Origin: Lama guanicoe | Lineage: Eukaryota | Length of the DNA stretch: 64,000 bases | Direction: 5' to 3' | Assembly (NCBI GenBank): GCA_013239625.1 | Contig: MU054212.1 | Coordinates: 6,050,270-6,114,269, forward strand | Shown: piece after piece, positions 13,482 to 28,249 of the stretch | Position numbering within the stretch: position 1 is the stretch's first letter | Layout: every line of letters starts with the position of its first letter | The notes under the pieces: model-generated | The model's input: only the letters and a program-made list of their open reading frames with translations | What the model was told of the DNA's origin: nothing | The model's database searches: none | Position numbers and translations under genes: made by a program

Positions 13482-14896
13482 CTAAAAATAAAAAGTATTA
13501 AATACACATATTTATTAACACCTGCCCTAAAGCAAAATATATTTTAAATAAAAATCTAAGGCATCCAAATAAATACATATACACACTCTTGCCTATTTCC
13601 AATTATCTCAGAGAAAAATATCCTCTTCTTAATTCCAGCCTAATTGGAACTTAACTTATAATATTATTGTTCTTTACCTCCTGACTCTGAAAGAATACAT
13701 TTTCCCAATCTTCTACAATTTTATATAAAATTCTTCAAACATATGGACAAAGCATGGAGAAAACTATAACAAATACTTATATATCAAAATTTAAGAAATG
13801 TCAACCTTATTATACGATCTGAAACATTTTTGATAAAATAAATGATGTCCTCAGTGTCCTGTTGCTCTCCTTCATGTCCACGGGCACCACTTCTTTCCAG
13901 AGCGACCCCAAACTTGAAGTATAGCATTCACATCCGTTTTTTTTTTTTCATTTTACCAAATATAAGTGTATACATAAGCAATGCATACAACTGGTTTCTA
14001 TGTTTGAAATGTATATAAATGAAATGATATTCGATCCATCATTCTGTAACTTTTACTCAACCTTATGTTGTGGGTATTATTCATGTTGAAACATGCAGAT
14101 TTAGTTCATTAATATCCTACAGCATAAAACCATCATATGACTATACAAAAATGTATTGACTCAGGCCCTGCTGTTTCACTTTTTTGGCTATTAAAAACAA
14201 CACTGCTATGCTGCTATAAGCATCCTGAGAAATATTTTTAAATAAAATACTAAATTGGATCTCATGGAGAAACATATTAAACTCCAATTAAAAATGCTTA
14301 GAATTACAAAGTTTACTTTAACATGTATCAAGAGCCTTAATGCAGTTATACTTTTAGCCTAGCATTGCCATTCTAAGGCTCAGTCCTAGAGAAATAATCC
14401 TGTATTTTAAAAAGCCTTACAACAGCAGAATGCTGGCAACTGTTCTCTGCTTCTGCATACATTTAAAATTGTCCATAATAAAAAGCTAAGACAAGTTTTA
14501 TCCACAAAGATGTCCATTACAACTCGATTTTATATAAGCAAAAAGATGGAAACCGTCTAACTATATAACAAACGTTAAAATACTTTACATGCACTGAATG
14601 GATTACCTTACAACCATCAAAAATGTTTATCAAGATTATGTAATAACATAAGCATTCTTTGTATTAAGTGAGAAAAGCCATTATAATTACAGCAATTTTA
14701 TCGTAATCGTCTTTAGTTTTTAAGGCTGGAAGGAAAAACACTGAAGTGGTAGTTTAGGTGGCAGTATGATAAACAATATGGTACAGTTATTTATTTCCAA
14801 ATATTAACAACTAAACATTATTTTTTAAATGGAGAAAGATGGAAAAACTTAAAAACAAAGTCACTAGGTAACAAAGCCAAATAAAACTTTACTAAC

Positions 14897-15005
14897 CATC
14901 TGCTGGTCGTCTGTCATGGCCAAAGAAAACCCGTGTTGCAGAACTGTTAATATATGGTAAAGGAAGCTGCGGTAAAGGACCATCTGGTGATAACTGACTT
15001 ACATT
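14897..15005 (-). CDS. TRAPPC8: TRAPPC8 exon 14 (NVSQLSPDGPLPQLPLPYINSSATRVFFGHDRRPAD)
   Basis: CCTAG| acceptor, G|GTTAGT donor, 109 nt. Confidence 0.95.
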
Positions 15006-15927
15006 CTAGGAGAAATACAAAAGGAGAAAAAGAATTTTTGAGAAAACTCCATTATCTTACGTGTATCCTCATTTTTTTTTAACACAGAAAGTATTAAACA
15101 CATATTAAGCAAGAATATTAATAAATAGTTTTACTTAATGCATAAGAGTCATAACATTTTATAACTGGGAAGAACTTTAGATGTCATTTATTCTGGTTCA
15201 AGAGAATCTCCCTAAGGTTACTCAGCTAGTTAGCTCTCTCTGGATGTTAAATCTCCAAAAATTATTTTCGTGTGTATTTTATTTCCTGTGACTCATTACA
15301 GCAGCCATCTGTCTAACCAATGATTTCAAATTAACAAGTTAAAAAGGGGTAGTTATATGTTGCAGGACAGATAAAACACTCACTATTCATGGACCTCGAG
15401 GAAAAAGTTACAACTTTCCATTTTTTCCATGAAACAATGCTTTAAATTTACTATTCTCCTGTCTCAGTGAAATACTTTTCCTTCCTATTAATTTTTCTAG
15501 GTTATATCATAATAATCTGTCTACTTCCCACAGATCCATAACTCTTCACCTTTCATAGGAAAAAGACAGGAACATACTTTTCCAAATAATGGTGAGATGA
15601 TCCAATATACTACAAAGTCAGTTATAATTCAAAAATACATAATGAAGAAACAGTCCACAAAGCTCGTGGCATCTTAAGATTCCAAGTACAGCTACAAATC
15701 AAATGTTTACTGGAATATTAAACTTCTCTTTTATGAGAACTGTGGAAGGGCAATGCAACTCAGATCTGTGACCAAAAGCCTAGCCCACCACATTTCACTA
15801 TGACAGACAATTATATGCATTCAAATGAAACCATTTATAAAACTCCTACTAGACAGTACTGAATATGTTTTTTGCTGAAAGTAAGGACAAGTATAATTTT
15901 AATATCTATTCCTGAAAATGTGTTCAC

Positions 15928-16152
15928 CTTGTAAACATAAAGATACTCTCTGAGGAAGGCCCCTTGTTGAGCAGCAGATTGTTTACTTTCATTGATTAAA
16001 ATATGCCTAAAAGCAGACACAGCATTATCCAGCTGCCTTAGAGTATAGGACTGACGCCCAATGGTAAAGTTAATGTGATCCTCCGCAAGAGACCAGCCTT
16101 TTCCTTTGTAAACTTGCATGGCTTGACAGTAGCAGCGTAAAGCATGTTTTTT
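15928..16152 (-). CDS. TRAPPC8: TRAPPC8 exon 13 (KKHALRCYCQAMQVYKGKGWSLAEDHINF...LREYLYVYK)
   Basis: TTACAG| acceptor, AAG|GTGAAC donor, 225 nt. Confidence 0.96.
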
Positions 16153-16959
16153 CTGTAAGAAAATACATAAAAAGTATTACAATCTAAATTTCTCTTGAAC
16201 TGGAAAAAATACACACACACAAAAGTCTAGTAACTGGTAGTTAGTTCTTCCTCTAACAGAGATTGGGATGATGAGGAAAACGAAACCAACATATACAAAA
16301 CCCCTTTGCAATTATTGCTAAAAACCAAGAGGTCCTGAGGCAGGCAAGCAGCTGCTCTGTCCAAGGGCAAGAAGTCTAAGAAGTCAGGGATAATAATAAT
16401 GACTTCATGGAAAACCACCTGGGAGTTTCCAGAGCAGTAGCACATGGAGTAATGGATCAGCTGGAACTAGGTCATTATCTTATAGCTGAGAGCTACGTTG
16501 TAAAGTTTAAATTTTGTCATGGTCAGCTCTCTCTCTACCATTGCGCTGGGCTGAACAGTAACGTGTGTGCCAACACTACATGTGTCAGTATACGGTTTTT
16601 GGGTGTACATACATTTGTCTTGATTGGTAGTGACAGAGTTTAGCATTCTTTTCTTCTGCACACTGCTGCATCCTGCCACATCCACGAGCAGATATCTGGT
16701 TTTAATTTTATTGTCATTGCCACCCTCTGAACTCAGACAACCTCCATCCTAAAGATGGGATCTGGTACCAAGCAAAAGGCTTCTCTCCATTAAATCCTTT
16801 GCTTCAGAATAAACTCTAACACCTACTCCCCTCTTCAGGGTAGATTACAAACTCTGTACTATGTTTAGCCAGAATTATTCATTTTTTTAAGGAATGTTTT
16901 CTTGATAAAGAGATAATGAAGGCAAATCAAAATCATCTGCCACTTGATAGCATTCAATG

Positions 16960-17420
16960 AGAAGAACACAGGAGTTCTGCAGTATTCCTACAAAGATACC
17001 TGATTTGAATCTCAGTATGAGGGAACAATGGATAAGCCTAAACTGAAAGATACTCTACAAAAATAACTGGCTTATAATCATCAAAAGTGTCAAAGTCATA
17101 AAAGTCAAAGAACCCTTCTGAACAGGACTCTTCATTAAGAAAGACACTTACGGGGCAACTGTCAAAACCTGAATGGAGTCTGAGGATTAGACAGTAGTAC
17201 TGTATTAGTACTAAGTTCTTCATTTTCACTGTTGTTTTATGGTTACACAGGAGAAAAATTCTTGTTTCTAAGAAATAGGATATATGTCCTAAAGTACTGG
17301 GGGGCACTGGGGCACTAGGTAAACAACTTAACTCTCAAATGGCTTGGGTAAACAAAAATTTATGAACTGTAGTTGTAACTTTTCTATAAGTTTAACATTA
17401 TTTCAAAATAATTTTTAAGT
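16960..17420 (+). mobile_element. Old L1MC/MD-like 3' UTR fragment
   Basis: CTACAAAAATAACTGGC..TCAAAAGTGTCAAAGTCAT..GTACTGTATTAGT..GTAACTTTTCTATAAGTTT..TTTCAAAATA; boundaries approximate. Confidence 0.6.
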
Positions 17421-19667
17421 GATGTTTCTTCAAAAAACAAAGTAATCTCCATATTGCATTTAGTAAAGGAGCACAGACACTGAATCTTAAAAACTGCGAG
17501 ATACAGAGGAACAACTGAATTTGTCTAAGTGTCAAGTTCAAGTGCATTTTTTAGGTTCTCTTGGGAAAACGTCTAAAGAGATTAAAGAGGTAACAAGGAT
17601 TTAAAGTCTGAGTTTTAAAGTAAGAACAGAAAGACTGTCCAGGGTATACTGGGCACAAACTTAAACACCTTCTCTAGTATTTAATTTTTTTTAAACTGAT
17701 TTTAATCTTTTCTAATACCAGTTCTCTTTCTGTAAATGGCTTTTACTTGTTGACATTCTTAATGAAAAAAAATTTTCTGGGGACAAGATAAGCACTTCAG
17801 TATGAATGTTCAGAGAGGACTGAGAAATGACATCACTATATATGTATCTCCTCTATCCTCCTCACTCATGCCTGCCAACACACACACCTGTTTTTAATGA
17901 AAATGTCATGAAACATTTGAATTTTTGAAATGTTGGTGCTTCTCAGAAACAACCTGGCCTCAGTCAGAACTGTGTGCTCTATGAGTACCCTATCTTCCAA
18001 AGAAGATACTTGTTAACCAGCTTTACTAGGGCAAATATTTGCTTTTCCAATAGGTCTGCATTTCTAGTTATATTTTCAGGTTTCTACATAGTATTTAAGA
18101 AGGAGATTCCCTGGGTTCAAGGTATATAGGGTGTGGTCACAAAACAGCAAACCAGCTACCTCAAAATCATTAATTCCATTAGATAACTATAGTTAGAGAT
18201 GATTATAGGCCAGACAGCAAATGCATCTCAACCTACCACAGCGTAGCATTTTTAATTTGTTATAACTTCCTAGAAGCAATACGCCCTTCAGATTGTAAAT
18301 ACCAGATCCAATGACATCATAATCACAAATGAAACTATTCACAAAAGTGGAGAAAGATGCGAAAAAAGGATGACTTATTTTTAACAAGAGACACAGGACT
18401 ATTCCTAATGGGGCATACAATTTCCCTTCTAAGGAAAAGAAACCACATGCTTAATACATTTTGTAGATTTTTGAATAGAACACTTTGAAGCAAAGACAAA
18501 CAATGGGATAATATGTTTCAGATGCATTTTGCTTACTATGGAAAAAAGAGTTGTGAAAAATGATAGAATTTTTAATTTCTTCCCCCACTTCAGAACCTGA
18601 GAAATTCTAATTCATAAAGTGCATCAATTATTATAAAGTCTTGGTTTTATAAATATTCTTAGTTTTATATTTAATATAAAGCAAGCTCACATATTTTCTA
18701 ACTTGTCAGTTTCCAAAAACAGAGGAAGGAACCCAATCTTGAAAAGGTGTTTTTCAAAACTCATGGCATTCTTACATGAAATTGAGAATAATTTTTGAAC
18801 ATCTTTATTTGTATCTGTGAAATAGCATACAGTTTAAAACACTGGTATGTTCTGGTTAGCACAAACTCTGAAAAATGTAAATATGTTCATAAAAATTCAT
18901 ATTAACTAAATTTTTAAAAATCCTAATACTCCCCTACTAGATTAAAAAGTTCCCTAAGAGACAAGACCATGTTAGTTCTATGGGTGGTGTATGCTCAGCT
19001 CCCAGCATAGAATACAGAGATGACTACTCAATCCTTCTATCTTATTTACAGTAAACCACAGTATCTCACTGCTATTACCACTCTTTGCCTCCAGAAAGCT
19101 CCCTCCAACTAATGCTTAAAAGGACAACTGAGGACAGATAAATCTCTCCAAATTAATAAAGATCTCTTCCTACCAAACTGTTTCCAGGGACAAGAGACAG
19201 AAGATTTCTAGCCATTAAATATTTAGTAAATACCATTATAAGACAGTCTGAGAGACAACAGAAGACCAGAGATGAAGTAGGGAAGGTTCAACCACCTTTA
19301 AGAAGAAATAAAATTATTTAAGTGCAGTATATCTGGCCTTCACAAACACGATTTGGTTTAACCTCACAAAAACCTGGGTAAAATTTCAAATTTTATAAAT
19401 TAAAAAAAAAAAAAAAGGGGGCTCAAAGAAGTAACTTAATAAAGTCAGGTTGTGAGCAGAAGATCAAGACTGCAACTTAGATTTAAATCCAAATTTCATG
19501 TCCTTACCAATATAACACATGACCTCAGAACAAAATTTAATTCCATTTTTAGAATTTTAAATCATAAAAAATTGACAAATGACATATATTCATAAAATAA
19601 CAAATTAGGACAAATGAAAATTAAAATAAATAACAAATTATTTTCTTTGTAAAGAAAATGCACTTAC

Positions 19668-19799
19668 CTGCCCTGCTTTACTAAACCGATGGCCTGCCAA
19701 TATCATGTGAAACGCGTATTTTCTAACCATGGGACTCTTCATGTTTATAAAGCAATGTGCCGCCTGTTCCAAGAGAAGTGCACTTCGAAGATCAGAATC
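19668..19799 (-). CDS. TRAPPC8: TRAPPC8 exon 12 (DSDLRSALLLEQAAHCFINMKSPMVRKYAFHMILAGHRFSKAGQ)
   Basis: AATAG| acceptor, CAG|GTAAGT donor, 132 nt. Confidence 0.96.
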
Positions 19800-21329
19800 C
19801 TATTGAATGTTTAAAGAAAAAGGTTAATTTCACAAAATTAAAAGTAAAAGGATAATCAGTGAAAAAAATTTACTTTCTTAAAATAATATATGGCATAGTC
19901 AACGTTTAACTTAGAAATGTCTGAGGGTAGAGATCAAGAGACAATGCCAGTCTTGAGATTCTTTTTTCCAATATGCACAAAATATTATTTTTTAAATCAT
20001 TCAAAACATTCTCTACCATGAAATATTTTCTTTTGCTTTTCATGGAGCCAAATGTCTGGTTATGACATACACTATGTCATAAATCTGTGAAGAAATGACA
20101 ATCCCTTTCCAAATGGCAAAAAAATATATAAACTTGAAATTTAATACAGGTATACTGACTTAAAGATAAACCAGAAAACAGAGTACAGGGAAAAAAATAG
20201 ATTCACACCAATCTAATTTCTTCTGGAAACTGACCTGTGACATACAATAACATATGTCCATCCATCCAAGGAAAAAGGAAAGATGAAACAAAATCTGTAT
20301 AGATCATGAAATACTCTAATCTAACTCTATCCTCTATAAAGTTTTACTGTATTTAAAAGGAATTCTCAGTTTTTGCTTCAATTCAAGAGGGCCAAAATGA
20401 CCGCTTTTCATTAAAAAGTCCAGAAGCTTCCCCTTTAAAGATCATCACCTATTATTAGTGTATTAGTAAATGGTACAACCCAAATTACTTTCCACTTCAA
20501 CTGACTTATCAGTCTCTACAAAAACCACACACTTCATTTAAGACTCACCCATAAGGAAAACCTTTCAACTGAAAGAGCCATCATCACTTTACAAATAACT
20601 GAGAAAGTACTGAAGGTTGCTGATCAAGTATCAACAACATTTTCACCAAACTTTCTCTAGGTTTTCAGCTATTCTCAAGCTGAACTTACCATGCCCTTCC
20701 ATGTGTTCTGCTGCCATTATTTTCCCCAGGGAAAGTTGAAAACAGAAAACATTGACTTTAAATGCAATAATTTCAACAAATTATAGTTATATCAAAAAGT
20801 GTTCACAGACCATTGATTACTATAACTATCTCTGTAGCAATCATAAAATTATATTAGAATAGAAACAGATCTGAGGAAACAATCTAGAAAGCATTCAATA
20901 AATGGTAGATATTATTATCTATTTCAACCCCCTCATAACAAAAACTAAATGATCAGATGATTTTTCTCATTAAGTTAGGTCCAAAAGCTAGTGAGTGGGG
21001 AAAATCAGGACAATACAATTAACAAGCAGTTCTTAATCAAGAGTTTGCATCAGAATTATTTGGGGGGAGCTAAGGAGCTTCCTTTTTTCAAGTTTTTAGG
21101 AAAATGTTTCCTTGTTTAAAAATTAATACAGCCTCTTTTTTCCCTTAAAGAATAAATGTTTGAAGAAAAAAAGTGAGCATCTTTCTTTCCCATCTCATGC
21201 CTCAGCTGATTTGCCAGAGGTAACTGCAGTTACCGTGTGGTGTTGGTTTGAGTCATTTCTCGCTCTCCATATTTTTATATATATATTTATGTGCTTATAT
21301 GTTAAGTACAACAAATTTTTTAATGCACA

Positions 21330-22400
21330 TACTTCTTTATATGTAAATGACAATGTACAGAGTATTCTTTACCTTGCTTTTTAACCTAATATCATGGACA
21401 TCTTCCCAAGACATCTACATCTCTCACTTATTTTAAAATAGATTGTAGTCTATACAATGGACCATAATTTATTAATAGTCTCCAATTGATTTCATATTGC
21501 TACATACTTTTATTACTACAAAAAATGCTTCAATAAATCTTTATAAAAACATTTTTGAGTAACTATACAAATATTTTTATTAGACAAACTTTTGGAAGTA
21601 GAAGTGCTGAGTTAATAAAAACTACACATATATTTCAAATTCTGATCGCTATAATAGCCAAACTGGTACCAAAAAAGCTGTACCAATAAAAATTCCCATC
21701 AACAGAGAATGAGAGTTCGTTTTCCACTCTACTCAGCCAAAAATCATCAAAACAACTTTTTACCTTTTTATAAAAGAAAAATAATACTTTGTTCCTCAAC
21801 ATACATTTTTCTTTACTAATAAGGCTGTTCATCTTCCATATGTTTAACGGTCTTTGTACTTTTTCTGTGAATTGCCTGTTTATGCTCATTGGTAAGTGGG
21901 TTTTTGTGATTATCTGGTTTGTCAGAGCTTTTTGTATACTTAATCAATATTAGGCTTTTGAATACACTTACAATAGTGTTTCCCAGTTTTGACATGAAAG
22001 AGTTCATTCTTTAGTAGTCAAACATACTATCTTTGCCTTTATGGCCTCAAAATATTGCATCAAACTAAGAAAGAATGTTATCAATTCTAGATTTAAAAAA
22101 ATGCTCTCCCATATTTTCTTCTAGGTTTTGTGTTTTTTTTAATATTATACTTAGTAAAGCTGTAATTATATTACCATGTAATGGATAAGACAGGAATCAA
22201 ACAGCTAATCAGATGTCACAGTACCTCCCAGTGAACCTAACATTCCCCACTAATATAATGACAGCTAATCATATGTATTATTTAAATCCTCATTCTATTG
22301 CATTATTCTCTCTATTCTGATCATTGTGAACAGTTTTAATTTCTCTAGCTTTATAAGCATTTTAATACCTAGAACAGATAATCCCCTCCAATTACATCTT
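21330..22400 (-). mobile_element. Very old, degenerate L1ME-like fragments
   Basis: Reverse L1 ORF2/3' UTR-like phrases (TTTTCTGTGAATTGCCTGTTTATG, AAGCTGTACCAAT..ATTCCCATCAACAG); boundaries approximate. Confidence 0.5.
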
Positions 22401-24489
22401 CCATTTTGGAATTTTATTTAGGCTTCTCAGCAGAGCCTCAGTTTCTTTAAGTCCCATAAATTTCTTAAGTTTATTCCATGCACACATACATACATGCACA
22501 CACAGCATAAAAATATTTCTTTAACTGCCTACAAAGCTTCATCAACCTGCAAAACTTGGATGGGCGGCAATCCTGGACATCCTAATTAAGATAAGGAATA
22601 TGCCCTAGATATCTTTGATGGTGTGTAAATGATTCTAATGCACAATCCAATTGAGAACCAGCACAGTAAACCCTCAGCATTCTCAAATTTAATCAGACTG
22701 ACCAATTCAAGAGAGACCTGGAAGTCCAGGGCATATGTTAATTTAGCTGAAGCAAACTCTGCCCCTTGGATCCAGTAAAGCTGTTTCCTGAGAAAGAACC
22801 AATTTTCAGAGCTAAACACCCTGCACTCATAACTCACTGCAGCTTTGTTCATTTAGTTCCTGACGGTGACAAGTAAAGTAGAAAAAGCACTACTTTGAAA
22901 ACAAAAGATAGAGCTCTAAAAAGAATGGCAACTGCCATCAGGGTTGATGGAATAAAAATGGAAGAATTTCACCAAGTGACAGTTTTATGCAGAAAGCAGA
23001 GGCTCTGAATGAGTTAAAGAACAAATTTTAATTTTAGTGGTAGTTCACATCCATGCTGTGACAAGTCTATTACACGCGTTCTATAAGGAACTAAGGAAAA
23101 AACCCCATGACACCACTTCAACAACTCCAGCCTATGAACTTTGCCCACAACCAAGATGTAATTTAAACAAAAGCCAAAAAGGCAACATTAACTTAAAATA
23201 TCAGGATAAATAAAGGGGAAAAAAATCATTTGAAGTAGAGGCTTCAACAGACACGTCCATAAAAAGAAACAGCTGATAAAGGCACCAGCTGCACAAACTT
23301 AACTGAATCAAATCTCAAGGATGGCATGGCACTAAAATTTTTTCTTTGCATAATTGTGAAATTAATAGGAAGGTGCTAGCAGCTGATCAATTTACCATAG
23401 GAACAGTTCCTCCCAAGCTGGAGAAACTTATTTTAAAAAACTGCTGCTATTCCTATCCCTGAGAAACGGATTTATTGTATTTAGGTGGAGCAACAGACAA
23501 AAAGGGTTATAAGACCAGAATAAATGTTCAACACAGAAATGGAGACACAAGAAGGGGGAAAGTACCACGTCTTAAGCACCAAATTTAGACGTAATATGCT
23601 GGTAAATGTGGCATGTTTATCATCAAGCTGGGTTTGCTCTGCCTTGCTGAAAATCCCAGGGCGTAACACAGTAAGATCCACTTGCCCGTAAACTTACAGT
23701 CCAAAAAATAAAGTCAAGCACAACTCTTTTCATCCAGGCCTCACAGCTGTCTTTTGCTATAATGACACTAACAAAAATCTAGGAAAAAGAATTCATGACC
23801 GTGAAGACTATATAACTCAGTTTCCTACCCTCAGGGCAACTGCTTTTCATTTTATACAGCCTTTCTAGTTAACAAAATTACAATAAATACAAAGTATTAG
23901 TTAAAATTTAACAATCTTAGACACCTTATGCCTAGCAGTCTCTACTTTCATGTTATCTGAAAGAAATATCTGAAAGGTATAGCAGGAAGGGCCACTGAAA
24001 AATCACAATTTCTGGGGAAATATATCACATTTACCTCCATCCATCACTCCAAAGTAGTAAATAAAAATGACAAATTTCCTAGTATTTTACGATAAAATAA
24101 ATCATCCAGGTTTGAAAAAGAAAGGTTAAAACAAAGAGTTGGAAAGAAAAAAGAACAATGAAAGAAAATAATAAGGTTACAATGCAGACAGAAGAATATG
24201 CTCCAAAGAAATTTTATTCAAGCTCCTAAACCATAAATTCCTTTTACATTCACTGATAATCTCTAGGTTGAAAAACAGAGCAACATATTCAAACCCAAGT
24301 TAAGGTTATTTAATACAATACAGAACATTAACACACTCAAGAGCCTATATTCAGCTCTACTAAATAGTTTACGTCCAGCAACTATTCGTGTTGGACAGTG
24401 TCCATGCAATACCAATTATTAAACATTTTTAGTATCATTCTTTAGCCTACTTAGTTATACCTTACAGAAACTTTTTTAGAATAGTTAAT

Positions 24490-25250
24490 GGTTCAGTTCA
24501 ACAAACATCTGTAAATCATATACCATACATCAAGCCCAGTGCTAGGTACTAGGGATAAAAATGCAGAAAGCAACGTAGTTCCCTACTCTCAAGAAGCTAA
24601 CTGATTAAATATGATTCCCAATACAATATGACAAATCAGGTCTTACACGTGAGAGGGCAGGACAGGGACGCTTAGAGCATCCTGGGTACTGCACAAGACT
24701 GAAGGACAGGGCTGACATCGGGACTACCAAATTAGGTGAAGAAAGCGGAAAAGGGCTACAGCCCAGGAGAAGGATATTAAGAACATGAACCAGGACAACA
24801 GTAGGAGGGATTTTAAAAAAGAGAGAGAAGTAAAATACTCAAAAGATATAAACAGAAAATATGTTTAAGAAGTCAAAAAAAATCCCCTAATTGTGTCACT
24901 GACAGCACAGAAGAATACATTTCAAGTAGTTTCTGCCTTGAGCAAATGAGGAGCTGGCTGGTTATAATTTAAGACCATGCTCTATAAAGTAAGAAAGTGC
25001 AAGTTTAGTTATTGATATGTCAACTCAAAGGTGCCCTGGAAACACTCAAGCAGATAAATCTAAAAGTCAGCTAGCCATACAAATCTAAAGTTCAAGGAGA
25101 CGTCAGGTTGGAGACAGATTTGAGAGTGAAAATCATGACTGTGAATAGATTACCCAAAACATGTATAGAATAAAAAAGGACAGTGGTCCAAGGATTAAAA
25201 TCCAAGGATTAAAACCCCAGGGTACATTAATACCTAAGGGGCAAACAAAG
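24490..25250 (-). mobile_element. L2 LINE fragments
   Basis: TTCAACAAACATCTG..GTGCTAGGTACTAGGGATA..CCCTACTCTCAAGAAGCT; GGTTGGAGACAGATTTGAGAGT; boundaries approximate. Confidence 0.55.
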
Positions 25251-25840
25251 GTGCTTGATTTTGTTTTTACTATTTTTGAGCATTCATTTAAAAAGTATGT
25301 CTTTAATCATACTGACAAGGAATTACTGCCATTCTTCACAAGCCTTTAGTCAATGCAACTTAATGGCTGGTGTAAACCATCAATAGCAACTAAAAACGGA
25401 TTTTTCTCCCTTTTGAACAATTCATAATCCAGATTTTTAAATGCTTAAGATGATTTTTAACAAGTTCATATGAGTGAAAATAAAATTTAAAAATTCCTGG
25501 GTATCCTTTTTAAATGTCGATTTTACATTAGGAATAATGCATATGCATGTTGGTTTAAATATTGTTATCCATAAGTCAAAATCTAATTTGTAGAAGATAC
25601 ACAGTGCATGTTTGTTTTTAATAATATTGCAGACTTAAAAGTGTGTAAACAAAATAAATTCAGTTTACAAAATTCTGCATTTAAAATTAATTCAACAAAT
25701 TACTAAAGTAGCCAGGTTGTAAATTCCCAAAGAGAGAATCCCTTCAAATTTTATTTTGCATAACCCCTCGAGCAAAAAATAAACATTTTAAAAAATACGA
25801 AACAATACTAATTAAAACAAATACTATATAGTTTCAGTAC

Positions 25841-25946
25841 CTCACTGGTCAACCGTATTAGGAGAGCTGCAGCCTCTGAGTATTTGCTTTGGCTTTTTAA
25901 GATTTCAGCACTAAGCAATACACATCTTTCAGCCAATACCATATTC
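25841..25946 (-). CDS. TRAPPC8: TRAPPC8 exon 11 (NMVLAERCVLLSAEILKSQSKYSEAAALLIRLTSE)
   Basis: Long pyrimidine tract then TTTAG|, GAG|GTACTG donor, 106 nt. Confidence 0.95.
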
Positions 25947-25980
25947 CTAAAGAAAAAAAGACAAGAAAAACATAATTAGC

Positions 25981-26196
25981 CAGGATTTGTAGATACTGAC
26001 AGGTATATATAGAATAGATAAACAAGTTTATACTATACAGCACAAGGAAATATATTCAAGATCTTGAAGCAGCTCACAGTGAAAAAGAATATGAAAATGA
26101 ATACATGTATATTCATGTATGACTGAAAAATTGAGCTGTACACCAGAAATTGACACAACATTGTAAACTGACTATAACTCGATAAAAAATTTAAAA
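25981..26196 (+). mobile_element. 5'-truncated L1 3' end (camelid-type) with 15-bp TSD
   Basis: ...GCTGTACACCAGAAATTGACACAACATTGTAAACTGACTATAAC..A-tail; TSD AAAAACATAATTAGC at 25966-25980 and 26197-26211. Confidence 0.88.
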
Positions 26197-26821
26197 AAAA
26201 ACATAATTAGCACTATAGTCATATTTTAGTACATCATAGTAACCATGTGTTCAACAAAAGTTTCTAATTCTAGTTTTCAAATAAAAAGAAATCCATGTCC
26301 ATGTTTTCCACTTAACAAAAAGGTTGGAAAAAAAAACTTCAGAGAATTCTCATAACTCATCAAAACTTTTTATCATTGTATAATTTTGTACTAAGAATAC
26401 AATATGAAGTCTCATTTCATATATGAAAAAGCTAGAACCTAACTGGTATCTCTGAACCAGCAGTTAGTTAACAAAACTTGCTTTTAAACAGGAAGGAATA
26501 TAAACACTTCACCCATATCTCTTTCTCCTTCCTTATTGCAAGCTCTGGTTATGTGTGTTTCATTTTACTGACTACTTTTAGGAATAATTAGGCATTTTCT
26601 CTCTGGCAGTATCACTGAGATGTTTCACTTGGAGGCAGCAAGGAGCCAGTGTTGCCTGACTATTTTTGAGCAAAATCTTTCTGTAAAAACGCAAAATCAG
26701 TTGATTTTTTCTTTGTGGACTACTACTGTCAATAATCTAAAATTGGATCACTTGTTCTTAGATAATAAAATAAATGAAAACATTCTGTGAAATTACAATG
26801 GGATTCTTTTGTTGAGAAATA

Positions 26822-27029
26822 CAGTTGATCCTTGAACAACACAGGGGTTAAGGTCGCGGACTCCTTGGCACAGCCAAAAATCTGCAGTTGCCCCTTAGTA
26901 TCCATAGTTCCGCATCCGTGGATTCAACCAACCTCAGATCATGTCATACTGTAGTACATATTTCTTGAAAAAAATCCATGTAAAAGTGGACCCACACAGT
27001 TCAAATCCATCTTGTTCAAGTGCCAACTG
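26822..27029. mobile_element. Tigger2/MER8-like non-autonomous DNA transposon (MITE)
   Basis: TIRs CAGTTGATCCTTGAACAA / TTGTTCAAGTGCCAACTG, flanked by TA on both sides. Confidence 0.85.
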
Positions 27030-28249
27030 TAGCAGTAAAGTTTCTTCATTTTACTTTCTAACCCCTGTATCAAAATACCACTTGATCTTAAAATTACAAT
27101 CAAAGTTTACTAACTTTTAAAAATATCAGAAAATACAATTTATTACTTTCAAAACTTACCATAGTGATCTACCATAAACTTTCTACAACTCATCATTTTT
27201 CTCAGAGGGTTGATATTTATGAGTATCTGAGAATATTTTAATGAACACAAAAGACTAATTCCTTCTTGCCAGCACCTACTCATATACTACAATATGTTCA
27301 AATACACTCAGGTCTTACAGAATTTTGTTAAGTTTATAAATCTTAACATAATTGTTTCATGGTTGATTCCTCACCTATTTCCCCATGTGATCAGTTATTA
27401 AGTCACAAAGCTACCAAGTCTAGGACTTAATTAGTTTGTTTATTTAAGTAAAATTTTAAAAAGTCATTTGTGTCAGGCAGTGGAAGTGCTAAGGAATCAA
27501 GTGTTTCCATGACACAATCCCTACTTAAAAGTAGAAACAGATCATATAAAAGTGATATAAATAGGGTACGACTGACTTTTATTATGATTCGGGGAGATAA
27601 AGGAGAGAAGGGAAGGCTTCATAAAGGGAAAGAAATTCATAAGGATAAATAGGATCTCATCAGTTAGAAAGTGGAGCCTGGCATTCTAAGTAGATGATGG
27701 TATTGCAAAAATAATACTGTATTTCCTGTATTTAAAAAAAAATTATTTACATTTTAGTATTTCTGAGCTTCTTAAAGCTTCTTAAAATTGGTATGTATGA
27801 TTCATGCAGTGTTTCTAATTTATCCAAAATATTTATTAAATTGGTAATAAATCTTACCAATTATGGTAACTTAGAATGAAGATTATAAGGTAAATGCATA
27901 ACAGTAAGTGTGTATTTAGAAAAAGCACACAGCTTGCTGCAACCAGGAGGATAAAACCAGAGGCCACAACTTATTTGGCTATCTGGGCCACTTGGTATTA
28001 CTACTGTTCTTTTCCACCACTCTATGTGCATCTCTCCAAAAGCTCTGCACTTCCTGAAGACAAGGAAAATCTTTCCTGAAAAAGGATTTTACTACTCTGC
28101 TTCCTTACTGTCCCACTTTCACAGTTGTTCTATCTTCTGAATCTTTCCTTTTTAGAATCCTTCAAAGGTTCCTCTTTGACAGGAGCCTGTTCCTCCTGCC
28201 AGAATCTCCAAATACATTCTCAAACAGATTATAGAAAGTACAAGGGGCA

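Noticed and set aside
25187..25214. 14-bp tandem duplication TCCAAGGATTAAAA x2
   Set aside because: Ordinary slippage duplication inside a decayed L2; no array structure
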